From Methylophaga frappieri (GTDB lineage: Bacteria > Pseudomonadota > Gammaproteobacteria > Nitrosococcales > Methylophagaceae), in assembly GCF_000260965.1 (NCBI RefSeq), contig NC_017856.1, forward strand, positions 2,520,001-2,552,000: a DNA stretch of 32,000 bases, given 5' to 3'. Below, piece after piece: positions 7,745 through 16,822 of this stretch. The notes beneath the pieces were generated by a model. The model ran no database searches, was not told the origin of the DNA, and saw only the letters and a list, made by a program, of their open reading frames with translations. How positions within the stretch are numbered: position 1 is the stretch's first letter; the number at the start of each line of letters is the position of its first letter. Made by a program: the position numbers and the translations under genes.

Positions 7745-9430
7745 TCAGTCACTAGTGCGTCGGTATGAACGATAAGCAGGTTGCCAGAAATGTTTTTCTA
7801 ATGCGGCCTCGAGCATGGCAAGCGTTTGTGGCGGTGCCAGATTGTCCTTGATTGCTTGCTGGGCAACGGCCAGAGCAATATCACGGCTGATTTGCTGGCA
7901 CGCCGTGATTGGCGGTAATAAACCCTGATCGATGGTTTGATTCGCGGCGGCGGTTGCGAGTACATTGCTGGCTGTCATCATCAAGTTATCGGTTATCTGT
8001 TTTATCCCGGCAATGATGACTGCCAGACCAATTCCCGGGAAAATATAACTGTTATTGCATTGGGCGATATGGTAATTCTGCTGTGCGATTTGTACTGGTG
8101 CAAAAGGGCTGCCGGTTGCGATCAGGGCTTTACCCTGTGTCCACTGCATAATTTCCTCTGGCGTTGCTTCAATTTGTTTGGAAGGATTGCTCAAAGGGAA
8201 AATAATGGGCTGTGGGCAATTGTCTTGCATTGTTTCGATAATGGTCCTAGAGAATAAGCCGCGTTGACCTGATACGCCAATCAAGACAGTAGGCTGCGCT
8301 TTTTGAATCACGGTGAGCAAGTCAGCCCCGGATGCCAAACCAAGTTGATCGAGTTCATCCGTTGATGCCGCCAGTTGTAACTGAAAATCAGGCAAGTTGG
8401 ACATGGCCTGACTCAGTAAGCCTTGCCGATCTATGAGCAGAATACGTTTTTTGGCATCGGCTTCTGACAAACCTTCCTGCTGCATTTGGCGAATAATTTG
8501 TGCGGCGATACCGCACCCGGCTGAACCAGCACCAGCAAAGACGATGCGTTGATTTGACAAAGGCTGGTTTTGGATTCGGCAGGCTGATAGCAGCGTACCC
8601 ACGGTTACGGCGGCTGTGCCTTGAATATCATCATTAAAGCAACAAAGTCGGTTTTGATAGCGTTGCAACAGTGGCAGTGCCTTGCTTTGCTGAAAATCTT
8701 CGAATTGAAGCAGTGCATCGGGCCAGCGTGTTTGCAGGGCACAGATAAATTTTTCGACAAACGCGTCATATTGTTGATCACTGATACGGGGATGTTGCCA
8801 TCCGATGTAATGCGGATCATGGAGTAATTCAGGGTTGTCGGTGCCGACATCAAGCAAAATTGGCAGCGTATAAGCCGGGCTGATGCCACCACAGACGGTA
8901 TAAAGTGATAATTTGCCAATGGGAATGCCCATGCCGCCGGCGCCTTGATCACCTAAGCCCAGTATTCTACTGCCATCGGTGACGACAATGACTTTGACAT
9001 GACGCTTGGTAGCATTATGCAAAATAGCATCCAGATTATCCCTGTCCGGATAACTGATAAATAACCCCCGCGCTCGACGATAAATTTCCGAAAATCGCTC
9101 GCAGGCATCACCCACTGTTGGCGTGTAGATAATGGGCATCATTTCGGCAAGATGTTTATTCAATAGATAGTAAAACAGCGTTTCATTAGTGTCTTGCACC
9201 ATACGCAGATAAATATGGCGGTTGATTGGTTCGGCAAAGCTTTGGTATTGCAGATAGGCACGATGGGCTTGTTCTTCGAGGGTTTCAAAGCGGGCGGGTA
9301 GCAGACCATCGAGGTTAAAATCACGACGCTCAGTTGCGCTGAATGCGGTTCCTTTATTGAGCAGTGACGTTGCCAATAATTGCGGACCACTATAAGACAG
9401 ATAAATCGGCCGGCGTGATTTGGCTGACAT
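7745..9430 (-). CDS. maeA: NAD-dependent malic enzyme
   Basis: Motifs are YTPTVG, GLGDQGAGGMGIPIGKL, FNDDIQGTA and the Rossmann motif GAGSAGCGIA. I moved the start to the ATG at 9428-9430 (MSAKSRRPIYLSYSGPQLL...), which has an AGAGG Shine-Dalgarno. This gives 561 aa, typical of MaeA/SfcA. The 27 upstream codons in the track are probably untranslated. Confidence 0.9.
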   Translation of the reverse strand: MSAKSRRPIYLSYSGPQLLATSLLNKGTAFSATERRDFNLDGLLPARFETLEEQAHRAYLQYQSFAEPINRHIYLRMVQDTNETLFYYLLNKHLAEMMPIIYTPTVGDACERFSEIYRRARGLFISYPDRDNLDAILHNATKRHVKVIVVTDGSRILGLGDQGAGGMGIPIGKLSLYTVCGGISPAYTLPILLDVGTDNPELLHDPHYIGWQHPRISDQQYDAFVEKFICALQTRWPDALLQFEDFQQSKALPLLQRYQNRLCCFNDDIQGTAAVTVGTLLSACRIQNQPLSNQRIVFAGAGSAGCGIAAQIIRQMQQEGLSEADAKKRILLIDRQGLLSQAMSNLPDFQLQLAASTDELDQLGLASGADLLTVIQKAQPTVLIGVSGQRGLFSRTIIETMQDNCPQPIIFPLSNPSKQIEATPEEIMQWTQGKALIATGSPFAPVQIAQQNYHIAQCNNSYIFPGIGLAVIIAGIKQITDNLMMTASNVLATAAANQTIDQGLLPPITACQQISRDIALAVAQQAIKDNLAPPQTLAMLEAALEKHFWQPAYRSYRRTSD

Positions 9431-9545
9431 ACAGCACCTCTGAAAATTGCCTGTAACGTAAAATTTTGCGGGATCGTCACGGTTGCCTGTTGACGATAGC
9501 AGACAGCACAACGCATATTAACGGTTTTGTAAAGGGAGAACTGGG

Positions 9546-9887
9546 ATGGGACGATTACTGATGCTTGGAATTAGCCTGATCCTGACCAGCACAGTCACCC
9601 AGGCTGGCGGCAGTCGTGATGTACCCGATGTGGCTTGTGGTGACAATAAAATTCTGGTGGGGATGACACTTGATGAAGTGATGGCGGGCTGCACGCCAAA
9701 TTGGAAGCCGGCCTATATCAGCGAACATATTCGAAGTCGCCGTGATGGTAGTTCAGATACTTATCACAAGTGGCTTATTTACCCAGTAGATCAGCCCGGA
9801 ACTCATGTGTTATTCAAAAACGGTGAAATTGTCCGGATCTTTACTAATATCGCGGCACCAGCACCAGCACCGGTAGCATTACAATAA
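9546..9887 (+). CDS. Small secreted protein, DUF2845-like
   Basis: 113 aa with an AGGGAG Shine-Dalgarno. The signal peptide is MGRLLMLGISLILTSTVTQA. It shows the pattern C-G-x-x-I-L-V-G-M-x-x-x-E-V-x-x-x-C ... W-x-Y ... F-K-N-G-E-I-V-R-I, and ends in an APAPAP tail. Confidence 0.5.
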   Translation: MGRLLMLGISLILTSTVTQAGGSRDVPDVACGDNKILVGMTLDEVMAGCTPNWKPAYISEHIRSRRDGSSDTYHKWLIYPVDQPGTHVLFKNGEIVRIFTNIAAPAPAPVALQ

Positions 9888-9950
9888 ACCGGAATTAGCA
9901 TCGTTCTCAGATAACGTTTTTGTGGGAGCAAGTCCCTGACTTAAACACCC

Positions 9951-9973
9951 TGTTCGGTACGATCGTACGAACA
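9951..9973. repeat. 23-nt near-perfect inverted repeat TGTTC-G-GTACGATCGTAC-GAACA
   Basis: Read directly. The core GTACGATCGTAC is a perfect 12-bp palindrome, flanked by complementary TGTTC/GAACA arms with one bulged G. It lies between the small secreted protein gene and the ABC importer operon. No T-run follows it. Confidence 0.6.
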
Positions 9974-10075
9974 AGGATTCAATTGACAATAACTTTACGT
10001 GAACCTGAACGCGTCACTAACGGTCTATGAGTCCGGACTTAAGACGCTGTATTTTCATTGCAGGAAGAAGAAAAC

Positions 10076-11950
10076 ATGCAAAACCGACAAACCGGCATCA
10101 GCCGATTCGCTTTTTGGTCTGCGGTCAGTTTTTTAGTGGTATTACTCATTTTATTGATGGTTCAGGTAGACAGGCAATGGACGCGAATGGATGCCATGCA
10201 GCGCATCATGACCGAACAAGCGACCGATATTCGTAACAGTCGGCAGGTATTACGGCAATTAGAACAAACATTACGCAGTGGTCAGTTTGCCGTCGGACAA
10301 GCTGAAAATATCAATGCAGAAAGTGGCCCTGACAAAGCATTTTCGCGTGCTTATGCGGCGATGCAACAACCTGATTACGCTCAGGGTGACTGGTTACGAT
10401 TGGCATTTGCAACCGGACTAAAAACCTTAACACCACTGGTTTCTGCGGATGCCTATTCGGCTGATGTGCAAAGTTTTGTACTGGAATCTTTGCTTACCCG
10501 AGATCCAGATACGCTTGAGTGGAGTGGCCTGCTGGCCAAGAACTGGCAGATTTCTGATGATGGTTTGATCATCACTTTCAAATTGCGTTCTGGCATCACC
10601 TTTTCTGATGGTGAGCCCCTGACCGCTGAAGATGTCGTGTTTACCTACGACTTCATCATGAATGAACAGATCGCGGCGCCCAGATCTCGCGCCTATTTAT
10701 CACGTATTGCCAGTGTGACTGCGATTGATGAACTCACCGTCGAATTTGTGTTCAGTGAACCCTATTTCAACAGCCTGCAACTTGCCGGCAGTATTGATAT
10801 TTTGCCAGCCCATTTCTATGGCCCTTATCTTGACGCACCCCAAAAGTTTAATGAAAGCCGGGGAATTTTGATGGGGTCCGGGCCATATCGGTTGGCAGAT
10901 CCGACAACGTGGACGCCTGATCAAGGTGTGGTCGAATTAGTCAGAAATCCACGATATTGGGCGCCAGTCGATGCGTCGTTTGATCGGATTATCTGGCGGA
11001 TCATCGAAAATGACAGTGCGCGGTTAACGACGTTTCGTAATGGCGATATTGATGTTTACAGTGCGTTGCCACGTGAATATGAAACCTTGCTTAAGGACGC
11101 GGCTATCACTGAGCGCAGTCAGGATTTTGAATACCTGAGTCCAACGGCGGGTTACAGCTTTATTGCCTGGAATCAAGCACGTCAAGGTGAAGCGACGCGA
11201 TTTGCCGATAAACGGGTGCGAATGGCAATGTCATTGCTGACGGATGTGGATCGTATTCTCGGTGAAATTTTTCTGGGCTATGGCCAACCTGCTATCAGCC
11301 CCTTTATGGAGGGCTCCGGTCAGCATGATCCGCAAAATGTACGTATCCCCCATGATGTAGAACGAGCTAAAACGCTGTTATCAGAAGCTGGATATGCCGA
11401 TCGGGATGGTGACGGGGTGCTGGAGTCAGCGGATGGAGAGCCATTCGAATTTGAACTGACGTTTTTTCAGGACAGTGATGACACGCGGCGCATGGTGCTC
11501 TTTTTGCGTGACATTTATGCGCGCGCAGGGATAGTGCTGGAACCGAAACCAACCGAATGGTCGATCATGGTCGAAAATATTCAGAACAAGAATTTTGATG
11601 CCATTACGCTTGCCTGGACTTCCGGAGTTGAGATCGACATTTATCAGATGTTTCATTCAAGTCAGACAGTAGAAGGAGGCGATAACTTTATCAATTATGA
11701 AAATCCAGCATTAGATGCGGTGATTGATAAAGCCCGCGCCGAGGTGGATGAACAGAAGCGTATGCAATACTGGCATCAAGCTGAGAAGATGTTGGTTGAG
11801 GATCAGCCATATACTTTCTTGTTCCGTCGCAACACCATGGCCTTTGTGGATAAGCGTATCCATAATCTTGAAAAAACCAGCCTTGGTTTGAATCTGATGT
11901 CGGTGCCAGTGGAAATCTACGTGCCTACCGCTATGCAACAACAACGTTAA
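10076..11950 (+). CDS. ABC transporter substrate-binding protein, family 5 (OppA/DppA/YejA-like), N-terminally membrane-anchored
   Basis: The track start at 10058 is a TTG. The ATG at 10076 has an AGGAAG Shine-Dalgarno. The N-terminus ISRFAFWSAVSFLVVLLILLMVQV looks like an uncleaved TM anchor, followed by a heptad-like segment (RQWTRMDAMQRIMTEQATDIRNSRQVLRQLEQTL). The SBP_bac_5-like body has typical strings (LESLLTRDPDT, ITFKLRSGITFSDGEPLTAEDVVFTY, GSGPYRL). Confidence 0.85.
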   Translation: MQNRQTGISRFAFWSAVSFLVVLLILLMVQVDRQWTRMDAMQRIMTEQATDIRNSRQVLRQLEQTLRSGQFAVGQAENINAESGPDKAFSRAYAAMQQPDYAQGDWLRLAFATGLKTLTPLVSADAYSADVQSFVLESLLTRDPDTLEWSGLLAKNWQISDDGLIITFKLRSGITFSDGEPLTAEDVVFTYDFIMNEQIAAPRSRAYLSRIASVTAIDELTVEFVFSEPYFNSLQLAGSIDILPAHFYGPYLDAPQKFNESRGILMGSGPYRLADPTTWTPDQGVVELVRNPRYWAPVDASFDRIIWRIIENDSARLTTFRNGDIDVYSALPREYETLLKDAAITERSQDFEYLSPTAGYSFIAWNQARQGEATRFADKRVRMAMSLLTDVDRILGEIFLGYGQPAISPFMEGSGQHDPQNVRIPHDVERAKTLLSEAGYADRDGDGVLESADGEPFEFELTFFQDSDDTRRMVLFLRDIYARAGIVLEPKPTEWSIMVENIQNKNFDAITLAWTSGVEIDIYQMFHSSQTVEGGDNFINYENPALDAVIDKARAEVDEQKRMQYWHQAEKMLVEDQPYTFLFRRNTMAFVDKRIHNLEKTSLGLNLMSVPVEIYVPTAMQQQR

Positions 11951-11955
11951 CAATA

Positions 11956-13338
11956 ATGCTGAATTATCTAATACGGCGTTTGTTGTTAATGATTCCGACC
12001 TTGTTCGGGATCACACTGGTTGTGTTTGTGGTGATGGCAGCCGCACCTGGCGGCATTACTGCCCAAACGCTGGTTGATGGCATGGAGTTGGAGCCAGAAA
12101 GTCGACAGGCTTTAGAGGCCTATTACAATAAGCTTTATGGCCTTGATCAACCCGCACCGGTGCAATATCTGCGGTGGTTAAATAGCATTTCGCCAATTGG
12201 TTTTGAGCAACAAGCAGATGGTTCCTTGGGCAGTTTTTCATTATGGAAAGGCGTCGATCTGGGCACCAGTTTTCGATATGGTCGGCCGGTGACCACGATG
12301 CTCGAGGAACGATTACCCATCACCTTGTTGTTAAATGTTATCTCAATCCCCTTGATCTATGCGCTGGCTGTTGGTATTGGCGTTCAGGCGGCCAGACAGC
12401 GAGGCGGTCGCTTTGATGTGGGTTCCAATATTTTCCTATTGGGCTTGTGGTCGGTACCCAGCATGTTGGCCGGGGTGCTATTTATTGGTTTTTTTGCTTC
12501 AGAACAATATTGGCGGTGGTTTCCAACAGCCGGGTTGATGCAACGTGAAACAGTCAGTGAGACATTTTTACCGTTGTATGCCAGTTTTTCTGAAGTGACT
12601 CTGGTGTTTATCTGTGTAGCTGGGTTGGTGGTCGGGCTAATGCAGCTTTTATCACGCTTACCCGTTTCCGGGCGTCAATGGTTAGGGATGCTGATTGGAC
12701 TTGGGCTGGGCTGGTTGATGGCGCATGATTTAAACGCAGCGTGGCTGAGTGGCTTGCATGTCGGTTTGATGTTGGTAATCGGTTTACTTTTCCGTTTGCT
12801 GTTCGGTCTCGACAATATGGTGTTACGTTTTTCCCTTGCTGGTGGTCTTGGTGTTGGTGCCGGTCTGGTACTGGCAGGCATCCTCGGTGTTCAGGCGATA
12901 CAAAATGGTTATTTACTGGACCGGATATGGCACTTGGTCTTACCCGTTATCGCCTTGTCCTACGGTGGTCTGGCCTTTTTGGCGAAACTGACCCGATCTG
13001 CGTTACTGGAAAACCTGGCCGCGGATTACGCGCGGACGGCACGGGCCAAAGGGGTTGATGAAAACGCCGTGTTGTGGCGGCATGTGTTTCGCAACTCACT
13101 GCTGCCGCTGATTACGGTGTCTGCCACTTTATTGCCAAGCTTGTTGGCAGGTTCTGTCATTATCGAAAGTATTTTTAGTATTGATGGCATGGGCAAACTG
13201 GCTGTTGAAGCCGTACAAACGCGTGACAGGGAGTTGGTGTTATCGGTAACGCTGATTTCCGGACTATTAACACTGGTTGGCTATTTGCTGGCTGATATTG
13301 CCTATGCCATGGTTGATCCAAGGGTGAGTTATGAGTGA
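11956..13338 (+). CDS. ABC transporter permease (OppB/DppB/YejB-like) with a ~110-aa hydrophobic insertion
   Basis: 460 aa. The N-terminus MLNYLIRRLLLMIPTLFGITLVVF is typical of the family. The EAA-loop region is LTRSALLENLAADYARTARAKG, and the C-terminus is ADIAYAMVDPRV. The protein is about 100 aa longer than usual members. Confidence 0.85.
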   Translation: MLNYLIRRLLLMIPTLFGITLVVFVVMAAAPGGITAQTLVDGMELEPESRQALEAYYNKLYGLDQPAPVQYLRWLNSISPIGFEQQADGSLGSFSLWKGVDLGTSFRYGRPVTTMLEERLPITLLLNVISIPLIYALAVGIGVQAARQRGGRFDVGSNIFLLGLWSVPSMLAGVLFIGFFASEQYWRWFPTAGLMQRETVSETFLPLYASFSEVTLVFICVAGLVVGLMQLLSRLPVSGRQWLGMLIGLGLGWLMAHDLNAAWLSGLHVGLMLVIGLLFRLLFGLDNMVLRFSLAGGLGVGAGLVLAGILGVQAIQNGYLLDRIWHLVLPVIALSYGGLAFLAKLTRSALLENLAADYARTARAKGVDENAVLWRHVFRNSLLPLITVSATLLPSLLAGSVIIESIFSIDGMGKLAVEAVQTRDRELVLSVTLISGLLTLVGYLLADIAYAMVDPRVSYE

Positions 13339-14515
13339 GCAGGTCGCCACGGTTCGATCTCAGGCTTGGCACAGGCAGGTCTTGATCGGTTTGCTGAAAC
13401 GCAATAGTGCACGTCTTGGGTTGATCTGGATTGGGCTTTTGGTGGTTATCGCCACATTTGCCCCGTTTATCGCCAATAGTCATCCTTTGTTATTGACACA
13501 CAATGGGCAAACCAGCAGTCCATTATTGGCACATTTGTCGGCACAAGACTGGGTCTGGTTGATTGGCTTTTTAACCATTTTGCCTTTGATCTGGTGGTCC
13601 AAACCAATTTGGTTGCGGATAGTCATTTGGTTGACTGCGATATTGCTGACCAGTGTGATCGCGGCGGTTGTTGTTTCGCCGCCTAACCTGATTATTTATG
13701 AACAATACCGCGAAATGCAAAGCACAGGCGAAGTCAGTCGGATTATTCGGGCGCCGATTCCGTATTCTGCCAAAGATTATTTACGTGATTACGGTAATAC
13801 CGGGATCGAAGCGCCGTTATCAGCATTGGACCGACATCACTGGCTAGGCACTGACGAGAATGGTGCTGATGTCGCGTCACGGATGATTCATGCCGCGCGA
13901 ATTGCCCTGGGGATTGGTTTTATCGCTACCGGCATCGCCTTGGTGATTGGGACTATCATTGGCGGGCTGATGGGCTATTTTTCGGGCATTGTCGATATTA
14001 TCGGCATGCGTTTGGTTGAGATTTTTGAAGCCATACCGACTTTATTTTTACTGCTGTCATTTGTCGCCTTTTTTGGCCGGTCAATTTATATGATGATGGT
14101 GATTATCGGTATCACTGCCTGGTCAGGTTACGCCCGCTATGTCCGTGCTGAATTTTTGAAGTTGAGACAACAGGATTTTGTGCAATCTGCGGTGGCGTGT
14201 GGTTTACCGCTGCGCTCTATTTTGTTTCGGCATATGCTACCAAACGGACTGGCGCCATTATTGGTTGCCACCAGTTTTGGTGTCGCATCGGCGATTCTGG
14301 CAGAAGCGACCTTGAGTTTTCTGGGGTTGGGTTTGATTGATGATCCGTCTTGGGGGCAATTACTCAATCAGGCGGTGCAATCTTCAACCTTTAACTGGTG
14401 GCTGGCCGTCTTTCCGGGGGGCGCCATTTTCATGACCGTTTTTGCCTACAATCTGCTTGGTGAAGCGTTACGCGATGCGATCGATCCCCATACCAGTCAA
14501 GGCCGCAAAGCATGA
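13331..14515 (+). CDS. ABC transporter permease (OppC/DppC/YejE-like) with extra N-terminal hydrophobic segments
   Basis: 394 aa. It overlaps the upstream gene by 8 nt. Typical strings are HWLGTDENGADV, RAEFLKLRQQDFVQSAVACGL and GEALRDAIDP. Confidence 0.85.
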   Translation: MSEQVATVRSQAWHRQVLIGLLKRNSARLGLIWIGLLVVIATFAPFIANSHPLLLTHNGQTSSPLLAHLSAQDWVWLIGFLTILPLIWWSKPIWLRIVIWLTAILLTSVIAAVVVSPPNLIIYEQYREMQSTGEVSRIIRAPIPYSAKDYLRDYGNTGIEAPLSALDRHHWLGTDENGADVASRMIHAARIALGIGFIATGIALVIGTIIGGLMGYFSGIVDIIGMRLVEIFEAIPTLFLLLSFVAFFGRSIYMMMVIIGITAWSGYARYVRAEFLKLRQQDFVQSAVACGLPLRSILFRHMLPNGLAPLLVATSFGVASAILAEATLSFLGLGLIDDPSWGQLLNQAVQSSTFNWWLAVFPGGAIFMTVFAYNLLGEALRDAIDPHTSQGRKA

Positions 14516-16167
14516 GTTTATTGACTATCACCAACCTGGAGACGGAACTGGCATCAGAGGGCAACTGGCATGCTGTTGTCCATGGCATCACACTCAGCAT
14601 CGAGCCGGGAGAAACGTATTGTCTGGTTGGCGAATCGGGAAGTGGCAAGTCAGTGACGGCTTTATCGGTGATGGGCTTATTACCAGCAGATAATTTTCGA
14701 CATCCTGAAGGCGAGATCATCCTGACGCAGTCGGATGGCAGCCAATTAAATCTGCTGCAAGCCAGCGCCGAACAGCTGCGTCAGGTTCGCGGCCGACAAA
14801 TCGCGATGATTTTTCAGGAGCCGATGACGTCATTAAACCCGGTACAAACAATTGGTCAGCAATTAGATGAAGCGCTGCAAATTCATCGTCCAGACTGGTC
14901 CGCTTCGCAACGTCGTGAGCGGATTATTCAGGCATTGACCGAGGTGCGTATTCCATCACCTGAAAGTCGGGTTAATGATTATCCGCATCGATTGTCCGGC
15001 GGTCAGCGGCAGCGGGTGATGATAGCCATGGCTTTGATTTGTGAACCTGCTTTACTCATTGCGGATGAGCCAACGACTGCATTGGATGTCACCGTTCAGG
15101 CTGAAATTTTGAAATTAATGCAAGAGCTGCAACAGCGTTATGGCATGGGCATGTTATTCATCACGCATGATTTTGGGGTGGTGGCCAAAATTGCTGATCG
15201 GGTTGGGGTGATGCGTCATGGTAAGCTGGTTGAAACCGGATCGGTGGCAACGGTATTGCGCCAGCCGGAACATCCCTATACGCAAAGTCTGATCGCGGCT
15301 TTACCTGAGCGTCTTGAGCGTCCGGTAAGACCCGATCAGGAAAAAAAGCCCTTGTTGAAAGTAACGGATCTGGCTGTGCATTTTCCGGTTAGACGAGGTT
15401 TGTTAAGACGTGTTGTGGATCATTTCAAGGCGGTGGATGGTGTGTCATTAGACGTCGCCGCCGGTGAAGTGGTTGCGCTGGTGGGGGAATCTGGCTGTGG
15501 CAAAACCACGCTGGGGCGAGCGATTTTGCGATTGCAGCAGGAGACGCGGGGGCAAATCTGGCTGAACGGCAACGATATAACGAAGCTGAATGCAAAAGCG
15601 CTGCAACCGCTTCGTCGACAAATACAAGTGGTGTTTCAGGATCCCGGTTCCAGCCTGAATCCTCGGTTACCCATTCATACGACGCTGACGGAGCCGATGC
15701 GGGTACATGGTATCGGTGCAGATAATGCTGAACGTACAGCGATTGCCGCGGAATTTCTGGCGCGTGTTGAGATGCCGGCAGACAGTTTATGGCGGTATCC
15801 GCATGAATTTTCCGGTGGTCAGCGCCAACGGCTGGCGATTGCCCGGGCACTGGTGTTGTCGCCAAAATTTATTCTTTGCGATGAAATTACTTCGGCGCTG
15901 GATGTTTCGGTGCAGGCAGGGATATTGAAGTTACTTCGCCAGTTGGTCGATGAGCAGCAAATCGGCATGATGTTTATTACCCATAACATGGGGGTAGTTG
16001 ATTATCTGGCGGATCGCATGTTGGTGATGCACCAGGGCAAATTAATTGAATCAGGTGATACCCATACGGTGATGCAGTCGCCACAGGCTGATTACACCAA
16101 AACGTTGCTTGATGCGGTACCGCGACTGGACGACCACTTTTTAAGTACTGCGGTTTTCGCTAATTAA
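14512..16167 (+). CDS. Fused double ABC ATPase (YejF/DppD-DppF-like)
   Basis: 551 aa with an ATGA start/stop overlap with the upstream gene. It has two Walker A motifs (GESGSGKS, GESGCGKT), two signature motifs (LSGGQRQR, FSGGQRQR) and two Walker B motifs (LLIADEPT, FILCDEIT). Confidence 0.9.
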   Translation: MSLLTITNLETELASEGNWHAVVHGITLSIEPGETYCLVGESGSGKSVTALSVMGLLPADNFRHPEGEIILTQSDGSQLNLLQASAEQLRQVRGRQIAMIFQEPMTSLNPVQTIGQQLDEALQIHRPDWSASQRRERIIQALTEVRIPSPESRVNDYPHRLSGGQRQRVMIAMALICEPALLIADEPTTALDVTVQAEILKLMQELQQRYGMGMLFITHDFGVVAKIADRVGVMRHGKLVETGSVATVLRQPEHPYTQSLIAALPERLERPVRPDQEKKPLLKVTDLAVHFPVRRGLLRRVVDHFKAVDGVSLDVAAGEVVALVGESGCGKTTLGRAILRLQQETRGQIWLNGNDITKLNAKALQPLRRQIQVVFQDPGSSLNPRLPIHTTLTEPMRVHGIGADNAERTAIAAEFLARVEMPADSLWRYPHEFSGGQRQRLAIARALVLSPKFILCDEITSALDVSVQAGILKLLRQLVDEQQIGMMFITHNMGVVDYLADRMLVMHQGKLIESGDTHTVMQSPQADYTKTLLDAVPRLDDHFLSTAVFAN

Positions 16168-16789
16168 TCAGTGGCGAGACTAACGGCCAGACCAGATCGA
16201 GGATAAGCGGTTGTGCTTTATCACTGGGATGCAAACCGTCAGATTGCATCATGCCGGGCTGGTCATAAATGCCATCAAGCATAAAAGGCAGCAATCCGAT
16301 TTGGTAAGTATCCGACAAGTCCTGATAGACCTGGCGAAAAGCTTGTGTGTAAACGGGGCCATAGTTTGGTGGCAGTTCAATACCGAGCAATATCACTCCA
16401 GCCGAGCTTTGAGATTGACGGATCATATCAGCCAGTCGGCTTTGAATTTGCGGCGGCGGAAAACCGCGTAAACCATCATTTGCGCCTAATGCGATGATGA
16501 CAATTTGTGGTTGATGTTTGGCCAGTAAATCCGGTAGGCGACGTTGCCCGCCATCAGTCGTTTCTCCACTGATGCTGGCATTAATAACCTGCCAGTCAGT
16601 ATCGTGCTGTTGCAGACGGTCACGTAGCAAGTTGACCCAACCGGCCTTTTTAGACATGCCGTAATAGGCGCTCAAACTATCGCCCATGACTAACAGCGTT
16701 TTTTCTGACGCTGCCGCATTTGTCTGAGCAATCAGCATCGCCGATGTAAAAAAGAGTAAAGCAACGAACTTTTTCAGGGATTGGACCAT
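16160..16789 (-). CDS. tesA: SGNH/GDSL arylesterase: thioesterase I / protease I / lysophospholipase L1
   Basis: 209 aa with a signal peptide. The SGNH blocks are LLVMGDSLS, ISGETT, ALGANDGLRGF and DGLHP. It lies divergent from ybbA-ybbP, as in E. coli. Confidence 0.88.
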   Translation of the reverse strand: MVQSLKKFVALLFFTSAMLIAQTNAAASEKTLLVMGDSLSAYYGMSKKAGWVNLLRDRLQQHDTDWQVINASISGETTDGGQRRLPDLLAKHQPQIVIIALGANDGLRGFPPPQIQSRLADMIRQSQSSAGVILLGIELPPNYGPVYTQAFRQVYQDLSDTYQIGLLPFMLDGIYDQPGMMQSDGLHPSDKAQPLILDLVWPLVSPLIN

Positions 16790-16822
16790 TCTTATACCCG
16801 TATTAATCAGATTAGGGACACC

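Noticed and set aside
9431-9511. 27-codon N-terminal extension of the malic enzyme ORF (MCCLLSSTGNRDD...)
   Set aside because: The internal ATG at 9428-9430 has an AGAGG Shine-Dalgarno and gives the canonical MaeA length and N-terminus. The extension is Cys-rich and unlike known malic enzymes.
12741-13058. 105-aa alternative-frame ORF inside the OppB-like permease, plus antisense ORFs at 12056..12241, 12675..12881 and 13175..13483
   Set aside because: They are Arg/Trp/Cys/Pro-rich translations typical of off-frame reads of membrane-protein genes. None has independent start signals.
15425-15865. 146-aa antisense ORF inside the fused ATPase gene
   Set aside because: It is a Pro/Ala/His-rich shadow ORF opposite a gene with two complete sets of ABC motifs.
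16781-16822. TTG-initiated 14-codon extension of ybbA
   Set aside because: It would overlap the tesA start codon. The ATG at 16823 has an AGGGA Shine-Dalgarno and gives a normal-length ATPase.
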